A DNA stretch of 42,865 nucleotides, from the NCBI GenBank assembly GCA_024642185.1, contig JAHEBR010000001.1:1-42865 (forward strand), read 5' to 3'. The stretch comes from Marivivens sp. Its GTDB lineage: Bacteria > Pseudomonadota > Alphaproteobacteria > Rhodobacterales > Rhodobacteraceae. This document shows, in pieces, positions 25,641-37,394 of the stretch. The notes under the pieces are model-generated. The model was not told the origin of the DNA. It ran no database searches and saw nothing but the letters and a program-made list of their open reading frames with translations. The stretch's first letter is position 1; each line of letters starts with the position of its first letter. The translations under genes were made by a program, and so were the position numbers.

Positions 25641-26462
25641 ATGTTTCGGGCGACAACCACGAGATCAACCCTTTCGATCGCCTTTGGCATGATCGAGTTG
25701 ATCTATCACAGCATCGTTCGGAATATTCGATCAGGACATCGCAACGCGGTTGTAGGGCTTGTTCTTATCGCTCTGCAGGGCGCGCTGATGACCTTGATGT
25801 TCTTTATGGTCTTTCAGGTCCTTGGTCTCAGGACAGCCAAGATCCGAGGGGATTTTCTCCTCTACTTGATGTCCGGCGTCTTTCTATACATGACCCATAA
25901 CCGCACCGTTTCGGCGGTAATGGGGGCACCCTCTGCCACATCTTCGATGTTGCAGCATGCGCCCCTCAACTCCTTCATTACCGTCAGCTCCGCAGCGATT
26001 GCCGCGCTCTATCAGCAGGTGCTGTCGCTGGGCATAATCCTTTTTGGCTACCACGCCCTTTTCACACCTATCACCATCGACAAACCCGTCGGCGCGCTCG
26101 GTGCGCTGTTGATGGCTTGGTTGTCCGGCGTGGCTGTCGGACTCATCTTTCTGGCGGTCAAGCCTTGGGCGCCACGGCTCGTTCCTATTCTGAGGATGGT
26201 CTATCTCAGAGCCAACATGATCACATCGGGCAAGATGTTCGTTGCCAATACCTTGCCCGGCTCTCTCCTCACCATCTTCAGTTGGAACCCGCTGTTTCAC
26301 TCGGTAGATCAAGCCCGCGGCTATATCTTCATCAACTATACCCCGCATTTCACCTCGATGACCTATCCGCTCTATCTTTCGCTGACATTGCTGGTCATCG
26401 GCCTGATGCTCGAATTCTTTACCCGGCAGCGGGCTTCGGCGAGCTGGGGCGCTGGCGTCTGA
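25641..26462 (+). CDS. ABC-2 type polysaccharide export permease (KpsM/CtrC-like)
   Basis: About 6 TM segments and the conserved WNPLFHSVDQAR motif (compare KpsM WNPLVHVVELSR). The ATG at 25641 with a GAGGG RBS gives 273 aa. No ATPase partner gene is adjacent. Confidence 0.7.
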   Translation: MFRATTTRSTLSIAFGMIELIYHSIVRNIRSGHRNAVVGLVLIALQGALMTLMFFMVFQVLGLRTAKIRGDFLLYLMSGVFLYMTHNRTVSAVMGAPSATSSMLQHAPLNSFITVSSAAIAALYQQVLSLGIILFGYHALFTPITIDKPVGALGALLMAWLSGVAVGLIFLAVKPWAPRLVPILRMVYLRANMITSGKMFVANTLPGSLLTIFSWNPLFHSVDQARGYIFINYTPHFTSMTYPLYLSLTLLVIGLMLEFFTRQRASASWGAGV

Positions 26463-26570
26463 CGTTGCCAAAAGTCGAATCTGTCCAACGACATGGCCTC
26501 TGGCGCATATCCCTGCGGCGGCGAGGTGGCAGAAGTGGCCAATTTGGCACATTTCCCATCTGCCTACCCG

Positions 26571-26599
26571 TTGCAGGCGCCAAAACTGCCCCCTATATA
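26571..26599 (+). promoter_or_regulatory. Putative RpoH (sigma32) heat-shock promoter of dnaK (cccgTTGCAg-N13-CCCCTATATA)
   Basis: The sequence matches the sigma32 consensus CTTGAA-N13-17-CCCCATNT. It lies about 100 nt upstream of the dnaK ATG. Confidence 0.45.
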
Positions 26600-26700
26600 C
26601 CGCTTGATCAGCAGGGAATGCCCCTGCCTCCTCATCCACAAAGGCCAAGGTGCCTACGGGGCCAAGGCCGCTCAAACCGCCTAGCGAAAGGGTTTTGAAA

Positions 26701-28599
<1,899 letters not shown>

Positions 28600-28621
28600 G
28601 GCCGACAACTAGCTACGGCAG

Positions 28622-28651
28622 ACCGGCCCCAAACACGCGGGCCGGTTTTTC
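28622..28651 (+). terminator. Intrinsic terminator/attenuator between dnaK and dnaJ
   Basis: The hairpin is ACCGGCCC-caaacacgc-GGGCCGGT, followed by TTTTT. Confidence 0.55.
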
Positions 28652-28675
28652 CGTTCGGACGAGGGACCAACTCTG

Positions 28676-29830
28676 ATGGCGAAACGCGATTACTATGAAA
28701 CGCTCGGGGTCTCGAAAGGCGCATCCGCCGACGAGATCAAGAAAGGCTATCGCGCCAAGGCGAAAGAGCTTCACCCCGACCGCAACGCCGACAACCCCGA
28801 CGCCGAGGCCCAGTTCAAGGAGGCCAACGAGGCCTACGAGGTTCTGAAAGACGCCAACAAGAAAGCCGCCTACGACCGCTACGGCCATGCCGCCTTTGAA
28901 AACGGCATGGGTGGCGGGGGCGGCCATCCGGGTGGCGGTTTCCGCGGGCAGGGCGATTTCGCCTCGGCCTTCTCCGATGTGTTCGACGATCTCTTCGGCG
29001 ATTTCATGGGCCGTGGCGGGCAAGGCGGCGGCCGCACCCGCGCCGCGCGCGGCAACGACCTGCGCTATAACCTGCGGATCAGCCTCGAAGAGGCCTACAA
29101 TGGCCTGCAGAAAACGATCAACGTCCCCTCCGCCGTCAGCTGCACCTCGTGCAAAGGCACCGGCGCCGAGGGCGGCAGCGAGCCTGTGACCTGCCCGACC
29201 TGTTCCGGCATGGGCAAGGTCCGCGCTCAGCAGGGCTTTTTCACGGTCGAGCGCACCTGCCCGACCTGCAACGGCATGGGCCAGACCATCAAGAACCCCT
29301 GCAAGACCTGCCACGGCGCGGGCCGGGTCGAGAAAGAGCGTTCGCTCTCGGTCAATATCCCTGCGGGCGTCGAGACCGGCACCCGCATCCGCCTTGCCGG
29401 AGAGGGCGAGGCCGGAATGCGCGGGGGGCCGACCGGCGATCTCTATATCTTCATCGAAGTGACCGAGCACCGCCTGTTCCAACGTGACGGAACCAACCTT
29501 TATTGCCGGGTGCCTGTCTCGATGGTCGACGCCTCCTTGGGCGGCGATATCGAAGTGCCGACGATCGACGGCGGCCGCAGCCGTGTTCGAATTCCGGAAG
29601 GCAGCCAGTCGGGCCGCCAGATGCGCCTGCGCGGCAAAGGTATGCCTGCGCTTCGTGGCGGCAATCACGGCGATATGCTCATCGAACTGTCGGTGGAAAC
29701 GCCGGTCAAACTGACTTCGAAGCAAAAAGAGCTTCTGCGCGAATTCGACAAGCTGAGCGCCGAGAACAATCCCCAAAGCTCGAGCTTCTTCTCGACGGTG
29801 AAGGGCTTTTGGGATTCGATGAAGGGCTAG
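28676..29830 (+). CDS. dnaJ: Molecular chaperone DnaJ (Hsp40)
   Basis: It has a J-domain with HPDRN, a G/F-rich linker and four CxxCxGxG zinc-finger repeats. Confidence 0.97.
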   Translation: MAKRDYYETLGVSKGASADEIKKGYRAKAKELHPDRNADNPDAEAQFKEANEAYEVLKDANKKAAYDRYGHAAFENGMGGGGGHPGGGFRGQGDFASAFSDVFDDLFGDFMGRGGQGGGRTRAARGNDLRYNLRISLEEAYNGLQKTINVPSAVSCTSCKGTGAEGGSEPVTCPTCSGMGKVRAQQGFFTVERTCPTCNGMGQTIKNPCKTCHGAGRVEKERSLSVNIPAGVETGTRIRLAGEGEAGMRGGPTGDLYIFIEVTEHRLFQRDGTNLYCRVPVSMVDASLGGDIEVPTIDGGRSRVRIPEGSQSGRQMRLRGKGMPALRGGNHGDMLIELSVETPVKLTSKQKELLREFDKLSAENNPQSSSFFSTVKGFWDSMKG

Positions 29831-29874
29831 CGCCCTTAACCAATCGCTAACCAGGATGGCCTGATAGTCGGGCC

Positions 29875-30636
29875 ATGCCCAAGCCCGCCGCCTTTGCCGA
29901 AGCTCTTCTGCCTTTTGACGAGGCAGAAATTCCTATGGCTGGCCTTGGCGTTGGCGCGCGGCTTCCCTCCTATATCGCCGATCACCGCAAGCGCCTGCGC
30001 GAGCGCTTCATGGCGGGCGGCGCGGCGGCGCTGCCAGACTACGAGATGCTCGAACTTGTTCTCTTCCGCGCCATCCCCCGGCAAGACGTCAAGCCCCTCG
30101 CGCGGCGGCTGATCGACCGTTTCGTGGATTTCAATGGGGTGATCAGCGCCTCACCTGCCCGTCTGGCCGAGACCGAGGGCGTTGGAGAGGCGGTCATCTG
30201 CGAGCTGAAGATCATCGAAGCCGCCGCCCAGCGCCTTGCCCGCGCCCGCGTCATGCGGCGGCAGGTCATCTCAAGCTGGGATGCTCTGGTTGATTATTGC
30301 CACACGGTCATGGCCCACCGCGAGACCGAACATTTTCGCGTGCTTTATCTCGACAAGAAGAACGCCTTGATCGCCGACGAAGAACAGGCGCGCGGCACGG
30401 TTGATCATGTGCCCGTCTATCCCCGCGAGGTGGTCAAACGGGCGCTTGAACTCAACGCCTCGGCGCTCATCCTCGTTCACAATCACCCCTCGGGCGATCC
30501 AACCCCGTCCGACGCCGATATCCTCCTGACAGGCCAGATCGGATCCGCCGCCGAGGTGCTGGGCCTCGTCCTGCACGACCATCTGATCATCGGCAAATCA
30601 CGCGAGCTGAGTTTCCGAGCGAGCGGCCTGATCTAG
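29875..30636 (+). CDS. radC: RadC-like JAB/MPN domain protein
   Basis: The JAMM motif HNHPSGDPTPSDADI is present. 253 aa. Confidence 0.85.
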   Translation: MPKPAAFAEALLPFDEAEIPMAGLGVGARLPSYIADHRKRLRERFMAGGAAALPDYEMLELVLFRAIPRQDVKPLARRLIDRFVDFNGVISASPARLAETEGVGEAVICELKIIEAAAQRLARARVMRRQVISSWDALVDYCHTVMAHRETEHFRVLYLDKKNALIADEEQARGTVDHVPVYPREVVKRALELNASALILVHNHPSGDPTPSDADILLTGQIGSAAEVLGLVLHDHLIIGKSRELSFRASGLI

Positions 30637-31623
30637 CTATCGGGCGGCGACAGCCATCGACTGATACATGGCCCCAAGCGCGAGGATGTCTCCGCTGGCA
30701 TCGCACCCCGGCATTGTGACAACCAGATCATTTGCCACAGCCCTTTCGCCCGGCAGGATCTGAAGGCTCTGTGCGCTTGCCTCGCGACCACAGTTTTCAG
30801 CCGTCACAGGGATCTCGACCGAAAGCTCGATCTCGCCCGTCGCTGGCGATGCTCCGATTGGAAAAGTATAGATCTGGGCAAAATGGCCGCCTGCGATGGC
30901 GCGCTGACCGAGGGCTGTGAATGTTCCGGCGCCTGCGGTCGGCGCCTCCTGCCAGACATAGCCCGGCGCTCCGAATGGGGCAGCAAATTCCCTTGCGTGC
31001 AGCTGAGCACCAACGGCGCCCTCCCACATCAGCGCCGCGCGGCCAAAGAGATCAAAGTCCAAGACCTGTGCGACAGCCATCGCGCTCGGGCCAATATCAA
31101 ACGACAGAACGAATACGGCGGTCTTTGCCAAAGCCGGGATCGAAAGATCCGCACTGCCCTTTTCGTCAGTCAGGCCCGAAACCATCATGCCTTGGTGGTG
31201 CAAGACAAAGCTCGCGCTGGGCAGGCACGGTGCGTTCAGCGCAAGATCGACCTTGGCGCCCTCGACAGGCACGGCGATCAGCTCTGGAACGCAGTCTGTC
31301 GCCGATTCCGCACCCGGAAGAAGATCGAATTCGATCGAGGCAAGCCGCCGCGGCTCTAGCCTGTCTGTCCTCTCGAAACTTTCGGGAAGGGCAAGGCCAA
31401 TCCCTGCGCTGACAATCTCTGGGGCGATCAAGATCGGACCAAACCTTGGGTCGCGCGCCTTCTCCGGGCTCAATTCGGGCAGGGGCGAGAAGGCAAAGGG
31501 CTCACCGCCGGAATTTTTCCCGACAAGGCTGGCCCCGGCGCCCGAATATTGAATGACGATTGCGCCAGCAAGCAACACCGCGAAGGTGGCTCCAGCGACG
31601 GCAAATTTTCTGATCGCGATCAT
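30637..31623 (-). CDS. Hypothetical exported/membrane-anchored protein
   Basis: The ATG at 31623 has a GGAG RBS 6 nt upstream; the listed start at 31635 is a TTG. An N-terminal hydrophobic anchor (IAIRKFAVAGATFAVLLAGAIVI) and four Cys residues in the mature part are present. I recognise no family motif. Confidence 0.55.
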   Translation of the reverse strand: MIAIRKFAVAGATFAVLLAGAIVIQYSGAGASLVGKNSGGEPFAFSPLPELSPEKARDPRFGPILIAPEIVSAGIGLALPESFERTDRLEPRRLASIEFDLLPGAESATDCVPELIAVPVEGAKVDLALNAPCLPSASFVLHHQGMMVSGLTDEKGSADLSIPALAKTAVFVLSFDIGPSAMAVAQVLDFDLFGRAALMWEGAVGAQLHAREFAAPFGAPGYVWQEAPTAGAGTFTALGQRAIAGGHFAQIYTFPIGASPATGEIELSVEIPVTAENCGREASAQSLQILPGERAVANDLVVTMPGCDASGDILALGAMYQSMAVAAR

Positions 31624-31726
31624 CAGTTGCTCCAAACCCGTTAGGGATTTGGAAACAAACTCACTTAGAATCGCGACCTGTTGAGGACACCGAGACGGAT
31701 TCTTTCAGGCCCAATTCGGGCAGGGA

Positions 31727-34447
<2,721 letters not shown>

Positions 34448-34632
34448 ATTCTCTCCGCGCCCGCGTCTCCGGGCCAGTTGTTGCCGTTGAATGAGGAGGT
34501 CGCTTGTCGCCCCCGGACCTAAGGCCTAAACAGGGGTCTGTGTGGCCCCCTCGGAGCCTTAATGGGATGTAAGGGGCAGGCTATGGAGTGTCAACGCCGC
34601 GCGGCCTGCGCGGGCGTCAAGGGGAGCGAAAC

Positions 34633-35475
34633 GTGCTGAAAACTGCAACAAAACTCGCGGCGGGCATCGTCGCACTCACCGTAACCGCCGCAGCCGCTCA
34701 GGATGCGAGCCGCGATACCGTGATTGCCACCGTCAACGGGATCGACATCACGCTTGGCGAAATGATCGTCACCCGCGCCCAACTCCCTTCGCAGTATCAG
34801 CAGCTTCCTGACGACGTTCTGTGGGAAGGCGTTCTCGATCAGCTTGTCCAGCAGCAGCTTCTCGCCGCCCAGCTTGGCGAGCCGACCGCCCAGATCGTCC
34901 TCCTTCTTGCCACGCAAAAGCGATCCTTGATGGCGGCCGAAGTGATCGACCGACTGACCAATCAGGCCATCACCGACGAGGCGCTCGAGGCCGCCTATAA
35001 CGCCCGTTTCGCCAACGCCGCGGCGGAAGAGGAATACAGCGCCGCGCACATCCTCGTGGAAACCCGCGAAGAGGCAGAGGCCGTTATTGCCCGCCTCGTG
35101 GGCGGAGCGGATTTCGCCGAGACAGCGAAAGAGATCTCGACCGGCCCGAGCGGCCCCAACGGCGGTGATCTGGGGTGGTTTGGCATCGGCATGATGGTGC
35201 CGGAGTTTGAGGCCGCCGTTATCGCGCTCGATGTCGGGCAAGTTTCCGAGCCGGTTCAAACCCAATTCGGCTGGCACGTCATCATCCTTAACGACAAGCG
35301 CCAGAAAGAGGCGCCGACCCTGGATCAGGTGCGCGACGAGCTTGCCGCGCAGATCCAGCAGGAGGCCATCGCCAAGGCCCTCGATGACCTGACCGCCGCC
35401 GCCGCAATCACGCGCCCCGAGCCGGGCGCTTTCGATCCCGCTATCCTCAAGAACATCGACCTTCTGACGGAGTAA
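34633..35475 (+). CDS. Periplasmic parvulin-type peptidyl-prolyl isomerase (PpiC/SurA-like)
   Basis: The GTG at 34633 lies 7 nt after a GGGGAG RBS. It has a signal peptide and the PpiC domain (SAAHILV...GGDLGWFG...GWHVI). Confidence 0.8.
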   Translation: MLKTATKLAAGIVALTVTAAAAQDASRDTVIATVNGIDITLGEMIVTRAQLPSQYQQLPDDVLWEGVLDQLVQQQLLAAQLGEPTAQIVLLLATQKRSLMAAEVIDRLTNQAITDEALEAAYNARFANAAAEEEYSAAHILVETREEAEAVIARLVGGADFAETAKEISTGPSGPNGGDLGWFGIGMMVPEFEAAVIALDVGQVSEPVQTQFGWHVIILNDKRQKEAPTLDQVRDELAAQIQQEAIAKALDDLTAAAAITRPEPGAFDPAILKNIDLLTE

Positions 35476-35481
35476 CCCTCG

Positions 35482-36699
35482 ATGCCCCCAGTCTCGCCGC
35501 TTGCCCCCGCATCATTCCCCGACCTGCCCAAGGTCGCCGGCGTTCGTTTTGCCACTGCCGCCGCGGGGATCAAATACAAAGGCCGCACCGATGTCATGCT
35601 GGCCGAGCTGGCCGAAGGCAGCACCATCGCCGGTGTCTATACCAAGTCGGCCACGCGCTCTGCCGCGGTTCTCGATTGTCAGGCCAAAACCGGCGGCGCA
35701 GCCGCGGGTAAGGCAGCGATCCTTGTGAATTCCGGCAATTCCAACGCCTTCACGGGGCGCAACGGCATCGCCTCGGTCGAGGCGATCACCACGGCGGCCG
35801 GCAAGGCTTTCGGGATCGACCCTGCGCGGATATTCACTTCCTCAACCGGCGTCATTGGCGAACCGCTGCCGCATGACCGGATCATCGACAAGCTGAATGA
35901 ACTGGGTTCCAATCTCGGCGATGATAGCATCGGCGCCGCCGCCAAGGCGATCATGACGACCGACACGTTCGCCAAGGGATCATTCGCCGTGGTCGACGTC
36001 GACGGCACGCCCGTGACCATCGCCGGCATCGCCAAGGGCTCGGGCATGATCGCGCCGGATATGGCGACGATGCTCGTTTACATCTTCACCGACGCCAAGA
36101 TCGGCCACGCGCCCTTGCAGGCGATGGTCTCGGCCTTTGCCGACCGGACATTCAACTGCATCACCGTCGATAGCGACACCTCGACCTCCGACACCGTGAT
36201 CGTCGGCGCCACCGGTGCCTCAGAGGCAGACGCCACCAACAATGCCGCCTTTGCCGCCGCGCTCGAGCAGGTGATGCTCGATCTCGCGCTTCTCGTCGTG
36301 CGCGACGGGGAAGGGGCCACCAAGTTTGTCGAGGTTCAGGTCAGCGGCGCGGCCAATGATGCCGACGCCAAGACCGTGGGCCTCGCCATCGCCAACTCGC
36401 CGCTGGTGAAAACCGCCATTGCCGGCGAAGACGCCAACTGGGGCCGGATCGTCATGGCTGTTGGCAAATCCGGCGCGGTGGCTGATCGCGATCGCCTGTC
36501 GATCCGCTTCGGGGATATCGTCGTGGCCGAAAACGGCTGGCGCGCGCCAAACTATTCCGAAGACGCCACCAGCGCCTACATGAAGCAGCAGGAGTTGGTG
36601 ATCGGTGTCGATCTTGGCATCGGTGCGGGCAAGGCCAAGGTCTGGACCTGCGATCTGACCCACGGCTACATCGACATCAACGCCGACTATCGCTCGTGA
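35482..36699 (+). CDS. argJ: Bifunctional glutamate N-acetyltransferase / amino-acid acetyltransferase ArgJ
   Basis: The autoprocessing site context PDMATMLVYIFTDA is present. 405 aa. Confidence 0.9.
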   Translation: MPPVSPLAPASFPDLPKVAGVRFATAAAGIKYKGRTDVMLAELAEGSTIAGVYTKSATRSAAVLDCQAKTGGAAAGKAAILVNSGNSNAFTGRNGIASVEAITTAAGKAFGIDPARIFTSSTGVIGEPLPHDRIIDKLNELGSNLGDDSIGAAAKAIMTTDTFAKGSFAVVDVDGTPVTIAGIAKGSGMIAPDMATMLVYIFTDAKIGHAPLQAMVSAFADRTFNCITVDSDTSTSDTVIVGATGASEADATNNAAFAAALEQVMLDLALLVVRDGEGATKFVEVQVSGAANDADAKTVGLAIANSPLVKTAIAGEDANWGRIVMAVGKSGAVADRDRLSIRFGDIVVAENGWRAPNYSEDATSAYMKQQELVIGVDLGIGAGKAKVWTCDLTHGYIDINADYRS

Positions 36700-37100
36700 C
36701 CAAGAAGGTCGTCCTCGTCTCCGCCGTCGCGCTCATCGATCCGGATGGGCGCGTCCTTCTGGCCCAGCGGCCCGAGGGGAAATCCATGGCCGGCTTGTGG
36801 GAATTTCCCGGCGGCAAGGTCGAGGCTGGCGAGACGCCGGAGGAGGGCCTGATTCGCGAACTTCACGAGGAGCTGGGCATCGACACATGGTCGTCGTGCC
36901 TCGCGCCCCTGACCTTCGCGAGCCACGCTTACGAGGATTTCCACCTTTTGATGCCACTCTTCGCCTGCCGCCGCTGGAACGGCACCCCGCATTCGAAAGA
37001 GGGGCAGGCGCTGAAATGGGTGAAGGCTCAGGATCTTAGGAACTTTTCCATGCCGCCAGCAGACATACCCCTGATCCCCATCCTTAGGGATTGGCTCTGA
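36696..37100 (+). CDS. mutT: Nudix hydrolase, 8-oxo-dGTP diphosphatase MutT-like
   Basis: The Nudix box GLWEFPGGKVEAGETPEEGLIRELHEELGI is present. The GTG start overlaps the argJ stop. Confidence 0.85.
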   Translation: MTKKVVLVSAVALIDPDGRVLLAQRPEGKSMAGLWEFPGGKVEAGETPEEGLIRELHEELGIDTWSSCLAPLTFASHAYEDFHLLMPLFACRRWNGTPHSKEGQALKWVKAQDLRNFSMPPADIPLIPILRDWL

Positions 37101-37199
37101 TATCTTTCGATATCGAGACGGTTCTCAGCATTTCTGGTTATTGTTGCCAAAATCGGTTATAAACTGTGCAACGTCAGATGCCGCTTTGGGGGAAGTTGT

Positions 37200-37334
37200 A
37201 TGCTGCGCACGATCGTTATCGGAACTTGTGTTGCCATTCAGGGGCAGTTCGTTCGTCAACTCGACAACGGGAACATCGTCATCCGTGTCGGTGATCAGAC
37301 CTATGAAGGCAAGCCGGCCAACAAGGCGGCCTAG
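37200..37334 (+). CDS. Small ORF, 44 aa (MLRTIVIGTCVAIQGQFVRQLDNGNIVIRVGDQTYEGKPANKAA), not in the ORF track
   Basis: The ATG at 37200 is preceded by GGGGGAAG at 37188-37195. The TAG at 37332-37334 is followed 26 nt later by an intrinsic terminator. The composition looks coding-like and beta-strand rich. Confidence 0.5.
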   Translation: MLRTIVIGTCVAIQGQFVRQLDNGNIVIRVGDQTYEGKPANKAA

Positions 37335-37360
37335 TCAAAAGGCACCGGCGGAAAGAAAGA

Positions 37361-37390
37361 GGCCAGCCCTCAGGCTGGCCTTTTGTTGTT
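37361..37390. terminator. Bidirectional intrinsic terminator between the small ORF and infB
   Basis: The hairpin is GGCCAGCC-ctca-GGCTGGCC, followed by TTTTGTTGTT on the plus strand and by TCTTTCTTTCC on the minus strand. It lies 4 nt beyond the infB stop. Confidence 0.7.
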
Positions 37391-37394
37391 TCTA

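Noticed and set aside
28880-29050. Gly-rich repetitive stretch in dnaJ
   Set aside because: This is the standard G/F-rich linker of DnaJ.
37101-37199. AT-richer spacer with the palindrome TCGATATCGA and a TATAAA box as a promoter for the small ORF
   Set aside because: No convincing -35 element sits at 16-18 nt spacing, so I did not list it as a feature. It may still hold the small-ORF promoter.
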